From positions 2,114-58,098 of the forward strand of contig CAYRZX010000003.1 in NCBI GenBank assembly GCA_964428665.1: DNA of 55,985 bases, written 5' to 3'. Source of the stretch: an uncultured Gemmatimonas sp. (GTDB lineage Bacteria; Latescibacterota; UBA2968; SICM01). Position 1 is the first letter of the stretch; every line of letters starts with the position of its first letter. Shown here piece after piece: positions 8,651 through 16,297 of this stretch. Both the position numbers and the translations under genes were made by a program. Below the pieces are notes generated by a model that was not told the DNA's origin, did no database searches, and was given only the letters and a program-made list of their open reading frames with translations.

Positions 8651-9516
8651 AGACCCACCCCAAACTCCGCCTTGAAGTCCCTCCAGACCTCCGGCGGGAC
8701 CTCCGTGGTGGCGGCCTGGTAGACCTCCTCCACCTGCTGCCGGTTCGCGGGACCGGACAGGACGATGCCGTTAATGGGCGCGGCCAGGCAGAACCGCAGG
8801 GCCAGGTGTCTGATGCTCATGCCCCGTTTCTGGCACCACGCCCACATCGCGCGCGCGCGGGGGTCGTCCTTTGGCTCCGGCCCGGCCAGCCTGCCCATGC
8901 CGAGCGGGCTGGCCAGGATCACGCCGACGTCCCGCTCCTTTGCGAGCGGCAGCGTGGTTTTCGCGACCGACTGATCGAGCAGGGTGTAATCCAGATAGGT
9001 CAGGACGATCTCCATCTGCCCGGTCTGGATAGCGCGGCGGTGGAAGTCGTGGCTCCGGACGCCGAGGCCGATATGCCGGACGATCCCCTGCTCCTTCATC
9101 CTCAACAGTTCGTCCAGGGCGCGGCCGGGCGCAAGGGGGTCCTCGATGTCCGGCGGGTCGTGGATGAGCACGGAGTCAAAATAGTCCGTCCTGAGCAGCC
9201 GGAGGCTGTTCTCCACGCTCCAGCGCGTGGCCTCCGCCGAGAAGTCGTGCCGCCTGGCCGGGTGCGTGCCCGTCTTGGTCTGAAGGCAGACCTTTTCGCG
9301 CCACCCCCCTTCGAGGGCCAGGCCCACCCGCCGCTCGCTCTCGCCGTAGAGGGGGGAGGTGTCCAGAAAGTCGACGCCCAGCTCGATGGCCCGGCGCACC
9401 CCTTCGACCGTGTCCCGGTCCGTGTTGTGCGCGGTCCCAAACCAGGCGCAGCCCAGGCCCAGGGCCTTTGGCCGCAGGCCGGTTCGGCCCAGACGGCGTG
9501 TCTCCAGTTCTGGCAT
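8647..9516 (-). CDS. Aldo/keto reductase
   Basis: MPELETRRLGRTGLRPKALGLGCAWFG...FLDTSPLYGESE typical AKR N-terminus. ATG 9516 is preceded by AGGGAG; the longer track ORF is an upstream extension. Confidence 0.8.
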   Translation of the reverse strand: MPELETRRLGRTGLRPKALGLGCAWFGTAHNTDRDTVEGVRRAIELGVDFLDTSPLYGESERRVGLALEGGWREKVCLQTKTGTHPARRHDFSAEATRWSVENSLRLLRTDYFDSVLIHDPPDIEDPLAPGRALDELLRMKEQGIVRHIGLGVRSHDFHRRAIQTGQMEIVLTYLDYTLLDQSVAKTTLPLAKERDVGVILASPLGMGRLAGPEPKDDPRARAMWAWCQKRGMSIRHLALRFCLAAPINGIVLSGPANRQQVEEVYQAATTEVPPEVWRDFKAEFGVGL

Positions 9517-9582
9517 GAGTCGCTCCCTGTGAATCATCGCTTGATGGCTTGAGATCTCTTTCGTTCTCTCCTTAATTTCCCC

Positions 9583-9611
9583 TTGACGAGCGGACACTCC
9601 TTTTATATATT
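9583..9611 (+). promoter_or_regulatory. sigma70-type promoter TTGACG-17-TATATT
   Basis: Near-consensus hexamers upstream of the CBS gene. A 12-bp AT palindrome GTAATATATTAC follows at 9628-9639. Confidence 0.6.
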
Positions 9612-9736
9612 AGGCGCAATCTATGTCGTAATATATTACAAACAGCCGAAAAGACCCCGTCTTTTTCCCGCCAGATAGACAAGTTGAAGAAGCGAGTGGA
9701 GGGGACGCCTGAGGACCTCAAGCAGGAGGTGGCGCC

Positions 9737-10174
9737 ATGAAGGTCAGAGAGATTATGGACAGCAAGGGGTGGCGGGTGGTCACCATCAGCGCGCAGGCCA
9801 CGCTCCGCGAGGCGCTCTGCACGCTTGTCGAGAACAAGGTGGGGGCTTTGCCGGTCCAGGACGGCTTTGGCTCGGTCCAGGGCATCATCACCGAGCGGGA
9901 CCTCATGAGGGAGGTCTACAAAAACAGCCCCCTGGAGCGCACGAGGGTGGACCAGGTGATGACCCGGAACCTGATCACCTCGACCCCGGAGGACGACATT
10001 GAGTACGTCATGAAGGAGATGACGGAGCGGCGGTTCCGGCACATGCCCGTGATGGTGGACGGGGCGCTCGCGGGCATCATCTCCATCGGGGACATCGTCA
10101 AGGCGCAGTTGAACCACGCGAAGACCCAGATCACTCACCTGATCGATTACGTGGCGGGGCCTGTGGCCGGATAA
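9737..10174 (+). CDS. CBS domain pair protein
   Basis: 145 aa with two CBS repeats (GALPVQD..GIITERDL, HMPVMVDGALAGIISIGDIV). AGGAGG RBS. Confidence 0.85.
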   Translation: MKVREIMDSKGWRVVTISAQATLREALCTLVENKVGALPVQDGFGSVQGIITERDLMREVYKNSPLERTRVDQVMTRNLITSTPEDDIEYVMKEMTERRFRHMPVMVDGALAGIISIGDIVKAQLNHAKTQITHLIDYVAGPVAG

Positions 10175-10201
10175 AATCTACCCCCAGGACACCAGGACGA
10201 T

Positions 10202-10273
10202 CCGCAGATGGCGCAGATGAACGCAGACGGTTTTCTATCTGCGTCTATCTGCGAAATCTGCGGATTTGTTTTT
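10202..10273 (+). terminator. Repeat-built hairpin terminator (three 10-nt units with core GCAGAT and their complement)
   Basis: CCGCAGATGGCGCAGATGAACGCAGACGG-TTTT-CTATCTGCGTCTATCTGCGAAATCTGCGG. 23 of 29 positions are complementary, and ATTTGTTTTT follows. Confidence 0.7.
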
Positions 10274-10323
10274 AGATGTCGTGAAGCTGGTAATCTGCTC
10301 GCGCCCGTGAGCACGCGCATGGG

Positions 10324-11805
10324 TCACACCCCCTCCCGGTCCAGGGAGAGCCAGCGCGCGACCTGGGCCTGAGCAAAGTTGACTTCGCCCTCCGCGCGGG
10401 GTCCGCACAGACCGACCTGTCCGTAGCCCGTCACCCCCTCGCGGACGCCGTCCCGGTCCGGGTCCGTGTAGCGCAAGAACCATTCCGTCAGCCGATCCCG
10501 CATCTCCCGCTCTTTCGCCCGGCGCTCGGCCCTGCCTGCCAGATTCGTCGTCTCGCCGGGGTCGTTCCGCAGGTCGTAGAGCTCGTGAGGGCCATAAGGG
10601 TACCGGTGGATATACTTCCACTCCGGCGTGCGCACCGCGCGGACGGGCCCGTACTCGTCGAACACGACGACGTGCTCGTGGCCGGCCGGGGCATCCCCCC
10701 GCAGCCGGGCCGCAAAGCTGGTCCCCGGCAGGTCGCCGGCCGCAGGGGGCGCGACCCCGGCGTAGTCCAGCAGGGTCGGCAGGAAGTCGTACTGGCTGAG
10801 CAGGTCCGCGTTCGTGGCCCCCTCCGGGATGTGCCCTGGCCGGGAGACGAGGAAGGGGACCCGGATGGACTCCTCGAACATGTTCATCGGAAAGGTGGCG
10901 TTCCCCTTCCCGAAGACCCCGTGGTGCCCCATGTTCATGCCGTTGTCGCTGGTGAAGACGATGAGCGTGTTTTCGCGCAGGCGGTTGGCCTCCAGCCAGT
11001 CCAGCAGGCGTCCGACGCAGGCGTCCATCGCCGTGGTTGCCGCGTAGTAGCCGCTCAGGAAGACCCGCCGCTGGTCGGCGTCGCGGACGGGAATGCTGAG
11101 GTTCTTGGCCCAGGACGGGGGCGCCAGGCCGTCCGGGACGGACTTGAAAGGGCAGTTTTCAAAGTATCGGTCGTAGAGGGCCGGGGGGTGGTGCTCCCGC
11201 TGCCAGGGGGAGTGGGGCGCGGTGTAGTGCACGCTCAGGTAGAAGGGGCGGTCGGTGTCCTTCTCCCCCTCCAGAAAGGCGAGGGCGTTCTCCGTGATCG
11301 CGTCTGTGACGTAGCGCGGCTCTTCGTAGACCTCCCCGTCCCGGACCATCGGGGCGTTGTAATACGGGCCGCCCCCCTTGGCGTGGACCCTCCAGAAGGT
11401 GAACCCCTTCTGGGGACGGTGGGCGTCGCCCAGGTGCCATTTGCCGCTGAGGCCGCAGACGTAGCCCGCCGCCGTCAGCGCGTCCGTGTAGCCCGGCATG
11501 CCCTTGAGATACTCGATCAGTACGCCGTTCCTGGCGGGCTCGTAGCGGGCGACGGTGTTCCCCGCCGCGATCCAGTCGTGGACGCCGTGCTGGGAGGGGA
11601 TGCGGCCGGTGAGCAGGGTCGCCCGCGCGGGCGAGCAGACGGGGGACGCGCAGAAGAAGCGCTCGAAGCGCGTGCCGGCGCCGGCCAGCCGGTCCAGGTG
11701 AGGCGTCTCGATCTCCCGGTTCCCCTCACACCCCATCGCCCAGAAGCCCTGGTCGTCCGACAGGATGAACAGGATGTTCGGGCGGTTCGCGATGCGGCTT
11801 GCCAT
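10324..11805 (-). CDS. Sulfatase (formylglycine-dependent arylsulfatase family)
   Basis: ILFILSDDQG and the CSPARATLLTGR (C-x-P-x-R) signature. No obvious signal peptide. Confidence 0.9.
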   Translation of the reverse strand: MASRIANRPNILFILSDDQGFWAMGCEGNREIETPHLDRLAGAGTRFERFFCASPVCSPARATLLTGRIPSQHGVHDWIAAGNTVARYEPARNGVLIEYLKGMPGYTDALTAAGYVCGLSGKWHLGDAHRPQKGFTFWRVHAKGGGPYYNAPMVRDGEVYEEPRYVTDAITENALAFLEGEKDTDRPFYLSVHYTAPHSPWQREHHPPALYDRYFENCPFKSVPDGLAPPSWAKNLSIPVRDADQRRVFLSGYYAATTAMDACVGRLLDWLEANRLRENTLIVFTSDNGMNMGHHGVFGKGNATFPMNMFEESIRVPFLVSRPGHIPEGATNADLLSQYDFLPTLLDYAGVAPPAAGDLPGTSFAARLRGDAPAGHEHVVVFDEYGPVRAVRTPEWKYIHRYPYGPHELYDLRNDPGETTNLAGRAERRAKEREMRDRLTEWFLRYTDPDRDGVREGVTGYGQVGLCGPRAEGEVNFAQAQVARWLSLDREGV

Positions 11806-11820
11806 GGTGCATGATCTCCT

Positions 11821-12051
11821 TCAGACTGCGGTTAACTCGCGCACGTGGGCCAGGTCGCGGCGAGTGATCGGGCGCAGTTGGGACGGCAACAGCGTGACGA
11901 CAGCCACGGTTTCTCCGGCCAGCGTTATGAATTCGACTTCGTAGCCCGCTCCACCCTGGTGGACGTGCACCACCGTCCCGATGTCGCCGGCCTTCAGACC
12001 GTCTTCGGGCAGGTCCCGTAACAGAACGATGCAATCGTGTTCTTTAATCAT
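11821..12051 (-). CDS. DUF4926 domain protein
   Basis: 76 aa, MIKEHDCIVLLRDLPEDGLKAGDIGTVVHVH...YEVEF pattern typical of DUF4926. Confidence 0.6.
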   Translation of the reverse strand: MIKEHDCIVLLRDLPEDGLKAGDIGTVVHVHQGGAGYEVEFITLAGETVAVVTLLPSQLRPITRRDLAHVRELTAV

Positions 12052-12072
12052 TGGCTTGCCTTCAGCAGACGG

Positions 12073-12462
12073 TCACTCGTCTCTTAACTTCAGGCTGAGT
12101 CGGACTTGCTTGCGCATCTGACGGCACAGAGTCATCGCTTCGCGGGCCGTGGCTTTGTCAGCGCGTTCACCGGGGTATCGGACATCGATGGCAAATACGG
12201 TCAATGCTTGCAGAAGCGGACGCATATCTTCCCAGGCTGGCTCGATGGACAACAGGAGGTCCAGCAGGGCAGGTAGGTTGTGTGTTCTTCCGAACGGGGT
12301 CTCCGCTTCCTGTAGACGCGCCTTGAGGTATTTCTCAACGCATTGCTGGGCGTGGAAACAGGCAGCGTCGTAATTTGGCGCTTTACGCGCCCGTAGCTCC
12401 CGCGTTGCAGTGGCAAAATCGCCCTCGGCCTTTTCCACCCATTCACGCGTGAGGGGCTTCAT
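12073..12462 (-). CDS. HEPN domain protein (toxin of a HEPN/MNT pair)
   Basis: 129 aa, AACFHAQQCVEKYLKARL and downstream helix typical of PF05168 HEPN. Overlaps the MNT gene by 20 nt. Confidence 0.8.
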   Translation of the reverse strand: MKPLTREWVEKAEGDFATATRELRARKAPNYDAACFHAQQCVEKYLKARLQEAETPFGRTHNLPALLDLLLSIEPAWEDMRPLLQALTVFAIDVRYPGERADKATAREAMTLCRQMRKQVRLSLKLRDE

Positions 12463-12763
12463 AGAGGACCCTGCCCTTTTCCAGGATTTCGCGCAGGAAA
12501 AAGTCGTTCCAGGTCAGGCGCTGCCGGACCTGCTGCGGGGTGCGGACCAGGAGGTCCACAGGGAAGCGCGGATGGACCCTGTTGAGGATTTCCAAAGATT
12601 TATAGACGCTCTTGCCCTCAAAAGGCAGGATGACCAGAAGGTCCACGTCCGAGTCCGGGGCGGGAGTTCCGCAGGCATAGGACCCGAAGAGAATGATCCG
12701 TTCCGGATGAAACTCCCGCGCAATCTGCTGGCTCAATTCTACGATTTTATCTATACCGACCAT
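12443..12763 (-). CDS. Nucleotidyltransferase domain protein (MNT antitoxin)
   Basis: LFGSYACGTPAPDSDVDLLV (GS..DxD pol-beta NTase motif), 106 aa. Confidence 0.85.
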   Translation of the reverse strand: MVGIDKIVELSQQIAREFHPERIILFGSYACGTPAPDSDVDLLVILPFEGKSVYKSLEILNRVHPRFPVDLLVRTPQQVRQRLTWNDFFLREILEKGRVLYEAPHA

Positions 12764-12889
12764 TTTAACAGACCAGGGTATCCATCCGTTCTGTTCAAAA
12801 AATCCCTTTGGGTGTCCTCATGATCGTAAAAAAGGGGGTTGAAAGCAAGCCTTCTTGCAAAATCCCGGCCGGCCCCCTCATTTTTCCTC

Positions 12890-12918
12890 TTGACAGGGGA
12901 GGGCCGACGCCTTATATT
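12890..12918 (+). promoter_or_regulatory. sigma70-type promoter TTGACA-17-TATATT for tetR
   Basis: Consensus -35, 17-nt spacer, near-consensus -10. Confidence 0.7.
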
Positions 12919-12922
12919 AGAA

Positions 12923-12936
12923 ACCGACCGGTCGGT
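12923..12936. promoter_or_regulatory. 14-bp perfect palindrome ACCGACCGGTCGGT (candidate TetR operator)
   Basis: Lies 4 nt after the -10 hexamer. A related copy is at 13585-13600. Confidence 0.6.
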
Positions 12937-12970
12937 CTATTAGGTCTATAAATGAAAGGAAGCGATTTTC

Positions 12971-13561
12971 ATGGCTGTTCACGCCACAGAAGGGGCCCGC
13001 AGGGCGCAGATCCTGGGGGCGGCCAAGCGGTGCTTCGCCCGGAAGGGCTACCACGAGACGAAGGTGGACGACATCGTCCGCGAGGCCGGGCTGAGCAAGG
13101 GGGCGCTCTACTGGTACTTCAAGAGCAAAGAGGAGCTGCTGGACGCCCTGTGCGACAGCTTCGTGAAGGAGACGCAGGAGGACTTCCTGAAAGGCTCCGC
13201 CGTCAAGACGCTGGACCCCGACTACCTGATCTGCGACCTGGGGGCGATGCTGATGGGGCGGATGCTGAACGACCCCGAGCACCGCCTGATCTGGATGGAG
13301 CACTGGTCGATGGCGTCCAGGGACGCCAAGGGCCGGAAGAAGGTCTCCGAGGTCCATCAGGGCTGGCTGGACATCCTCGTCCCTCTGATCAAGAAGAACA
13401 TCAAGGAGGGGAAGCTCAAGCCGGTCGATCCCAGGCAGCTCGCGATGGGCCTGATGTCGCTGTTCGACGGGATTTTAACGCATCGGACCTTTGAGGACAT
13501 GGACGCCCCGGCCCTCTGGCGGTCCACGACCCGGATGCTCCTGGAGGGGATCAGGAAGTAG
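12971..13561 (+). CDS. TetR/AcrR family transcriptional regulator
   Basis: HTH region ILGAAKRCFARKGYHETKVDDIVREAGLSKGALYWYFKSKEEL. Confidence 0.9.
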   Translation: MAVHATEGARRAQILGAAKRCFARKGYHETKVDDIVREAGLSKGALYWYFKSKEELLDALCDSFVKETQEDFLKGSAVKTLDPDYLICDLGAMLMGRMLNDPEHRLIWMEHWSMASRDAKGRKKVSEVHQGWLDILVPLIKKNIKEGKLKPVDPRQLAMGLMSLFDGILTHRTFEDMDAPALWRSTTRMLLEGIRK

Positions 13562-13584
13562 GTTATTTTTTTGGCTCCAACACA

Positions 13585-13600
13585 AACTGACCGGTCGGTT
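13585..13600. promoter_or_regulatory. Second operator-like site AACTGACCGGTCGGTT
   Basis: Shares the core GACCGGTCGG with 12923-12936. Sits between tetR and the TolC-like gene. Confidence 0.5.
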
Positions 13601-13625
13601 TTATCCGAAGGTCTGAGGATTTGAC

Positions 13626-14996
13626 ATGCGAACGCGGATCGTCTCCCTCCTGAGCGCAGGCCTGCTCGCCGGCGCGGGCGTGGCCTCCGGCCAGGCTCCC
13701 CTCCTGACGCTCGACCAGGCCGTCCGGGCTGCCGTCGAGCACAACCGGACCCTGGCCGGCGCGCGGGCCGAGGTCGCCTCGGCGACGTGGGGGGTCAAAA
13801 GGGCCTACGCCAACTGGCTCCCGAAGGTCGAGGTGAACGCCGGGGTGACGCGCATCAACGACGAGGCGCTCCGGCTGGCCAACGCCCCCATCGACTTCAT
13901 CGAGAGCGCGCCCGGCCTCCCCCCTGAGCTTAAAGAGAACATCCGCCCCTTCGCCTACAAGAACACCTACAGCGCCGGCATCACGGTGCTTCAGCCGATC
14001 TACAACAGCGGTCTGGAGCGGGTCGGCATCCAGGCCGCGGACCTGCTCAGACAGAGGGGGGGGCACACCCTCCGGGACGTGGAGCAGGAGGTCGTCAGCC
14101 GGGTCCGAAAGACCTACTACGCCGTCCTCAAGGCCCAGGAGCTGGTCCGGCTGAGCCGGGAGACCGAGCGGCGGACCCTGGCCTACCTCGAATCCACGAG
14201 GCGCAAGGCCGGGGCGGGGCTGCGGACCTCCGCCGACATCCTCCGGTGGGAGGCCCAGGCCGCCTCCGACCGGGGGGGCATCGTGGATGCGGAGAACGCC
14301 CTGGCCACGGCGAAGGCCGCGCTCAACGAGGGGATGGGGGTCGAGCTCGACCAGGACTACACCTTTGAGCCGCCGGCCGCGGTCCTGGCCTCCGCAGGCG
14401 GGGACCTGGCCCCGGAGTCGCTCCCGCCGAGGCCCGCCCACGACCCGGCGGCGTTCAGGTCGCACCCGGGCGTCTTAGCCGCGCGGAGCCTGGTCGGGCT
14501 CCAGCGCACGAGCCTCCGGAGGGCGTGGGGGGAGTTCCAGCCGCAGGTCAACCTCGCCTTCTCCTATGCGTGGGAGAAGAACGGCACCCTGGCCCTGGAC
14601 GGCGCGAAGACCTGGAGCACGGCCCTGATGGTCCGCTTCCCGATCTTCAACAGCCTCGGGGACTACGCGCAGGTCCGGCAGGCCCGCGAGGACCTCCGGA
14701 GGGCCGAACTCCTCGCCCAGGACGCGGAGCGCCAGTGGCGACTCCGGGCCAGGAGCGCGGACCTGGCCCTGGACTCCGCGCAGGAGCGCATCGTCATCGC
14801 CCGGAAGGGGGTGGAGTATGCGGAAGCCAACCTGCAGACCGTGACGCGGCGCTACGAGGCAGGGGTGGCGTCCAACATCGACCTGATCGACGCCCAGACC
14901 ACGGCCTACCAGGCGCGGGCGCTGCTCATCCACGCGACCTACGACGCGGCCATCGCCCGGGTGGAGCTGGAAAGGGCCACGGGAAGGACACAGTGA
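13626..14996 (+). CDS. TolC family outer-membrane efflux protein
   Basis: Signal peptide, two OEP repeats, LTLDQAVRAAVEHN start typical of TolC-like proteins. Confidence 0.85.
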   Translation: MRTRIVSLLSAGLLAGAGVASGQAPLLTLDQAVRAAVEHNRTLAGARAEVASATWGVKRAYANWLPKVEVNAGVTRINDEALRLANAPIDFIESAPGLPPELKENIRPFAYKNTYSAGITVLQPIYNSGLERVGIQAADLLRQRGGHTLRDVEQEVVSRVRKTYYAVLKAQELVRLSRETERRTLAYLESTRRKAGAGLRTSADILRWEAQAASDRGGIVDAENALATAKAALNEGMGVELDQDYTFEPPAAVLASAGGDLAPESLPPRPAHDPAAFRSHPGVLAARSLVGLQRTSLRRAWGEFQPQVNLAFSYAWEKNGTLALDGAKTWSTALMVRFPIFNSLGDYAQVRQAREDLRRAELLAQDAERQWRLRARSADLALDSAQERIVIARKGVEYAEANLQTVTRRYEAGVASNIDLIDAQTTAYQARALLIHATYDAAIARVELERATGRTQ

Positions 14997-15019
14997 CGAG
15001 TGATGAGTGATGAGTGATG
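14992..15019. repeat. Heptamer tandem repeat (AGTGAYG)x4 overlapping the TolC stop codon
   Basis: AGTGACG AGTGATG AGTGATG AGTGATG. TGA occurs in all three + frames. Confidence 0.85.
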
Positions 15020-15023
15020 AGCA

Positions 15024-15123
15024 GGCCCTCACCCTCCCCCATGCCTTATGGAAAAGCCCTTGTTACCCCCTCCCTCTCCCGTACGTACGGGAGAGGGAGG
15101 GGGGTAGGGGGTGGGCGAGGGCC
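15024..15123. repeat. About 100-bp C-arm/G-arm element with terminal inverted repeats and a 38-bp perfect central palindrome
   Basis: Ends GGCCCTCACCCTCCCCC ... GGGGGTGGGCGAGGGCC. Core CCCCCTCCCTCTCCCGTAC|GTACGGGAGAGGGAGGGGG at 15066-15103. The left half is homologous to 22196-22240. Confidence 0.8.
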
Positions 15124-15153
15124 TGACCACCGATTTATCCAGGGAGAGACACC

Positions 15154-16251
15154 ATGACACGCTGCAGAAAGATCGCCGGAGTCGGCGCTGTGACGCTCCT
15201 GCTGGGGGGAGGTCTGCTCTACGTGGCCTGGAAGGCCGACCGGGCAGAGGCCTCCAGGCCCCGGGGGCCGTCGGCGGTCCCCGTGGAGGTGGCCAGGGTG
15301 ACGCTGGGTCCCCTCGCGAACCGCGTGTCTGCCGTCGGGACCGTCGAGGCCAGGCGCGACGTGGTCGTGAGCGCCGAGGCCGCGGGGAGGGTCGTGCGGG
15401 TCTGCGTTGAGGTGGGGGACCGGGTGGCGCAGGGCGCGGTCCTGGCCGAGGTGGACGCGGAGCTCCGCCGCCTGGCCGTGGAGCAGGCCGAGGCCCAGCT
15501 CGCCCTGGCCGGGGCGAACGCCCGCAAGACCGCGAAGGACCTGGGGCGGAACAGGGCGCTGTTTGAGAAGGGGGACGTGTCCGACGCCGAGATGGAGGGC
15601 CTCCGGCTGGCGGCCCAGAGCGCGGAGTCCGCCCTCCGGTCCGTGGAGGTCGCCCTGCGGGTCGCGCAGCGGCAGCTCGCCGACGCGCAGGTCCGCAGCC
15701 CCATCGCGGGCGCGGTGGCCAGACGGTTCGTGGAGGTGGGGGAGACGGTGGGGCCGGGGACGCCCGTGGCCAATGTCGTGGACCTGGACGTGGTGAAGAT
15801 AAAGCTCACGGTCCCGGAGCAGGAGATCGGCCTGGTGGCCGTGGGCCAGGCCGCACGGGTGACGATAGACCCCTATCCGGGGGTGACCTTCGAGGGGAGG
15901 GTGGTCCATATCGGGTCGAAGGCCGAGGGGAACAGCCACCGCTACCCGGTGGAGGTGGAGGTCGCCAACCGGGGGGAGAGTCCCCTGAAGGCGGGGATGT
16001 TCGCCCGGACGGAGGTGCTCACGTCCGCGCACGAACGGGTCCCGCTCATCCCGGCCGCGGCCCTCATCGAGGGGGCGGCGCAGCCCTCCGTCTATGTCGT
16101 GCGGGAGGGCTGGGCGCTCCTCAGGCCCATCTCCCTGGGCGGGCGACAGGGGGATGCGGCGGCGGTGGTGGAGGGCCTGAAGGAGGGAGATAGGGTCGTG
16201 ACGATGGGGCAGCAGATGCTCAGGGACGGCGCGGCGGTGGAGGTCAGGTAA
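15154..16251 (+). CDS. Efflux RND transporter periplasmic adaptor (MFP/HlyD family)
   Basis: 365 aa with lipoyl/beta-barrel MFP pattern, in a TolC-MFP-RND gene order. Confidence 0.9.
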   Translation: MTRCRKIAGVGAVTLLLGGGLLYVAWKADRAEASRPRGPSAVPVEVARVTLGPLANRVSAVGTVEARRDVVVSAEAAGRVVRVCVEVGDRVAQGAVLAEVDAELRRLAVEQAEAQLALAGANARKTAKDLGRNRALFEKGDVSDAEMEGLRLAAQSAESALRSVEVALRVAQRQLADAQVRSPIAGAVARRFVEVGETVGPGTPVANVVDLDVVKIKLTVPEQEIGLVAVGQAARVTIDPYPGVTFEGRVVHIGSKAEGNSHRYPVEVEVANRGESPLKAGMFARTEVLTSAHERVPLIPAAALIEGAAQPSVYVVREGWALLRPISLGGRQGDAAAVVEGLKEGDRVVTMGQQMLRDGAAVEVR

Positions 16252-16254
16252 AGC

Positions 16255-16297
16255 AACGCGGAATGATGAACGCGGAACGCAGAACGAAAGGCGGACG
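16255..16297. repeat. Heptamer repeat run GCGGAAT GATGAAC GCGGAAC GCAGAAC ...
   Basis: Same word family as 28556-28640. Runs up to the RND start codon. Confidence 0.7.
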
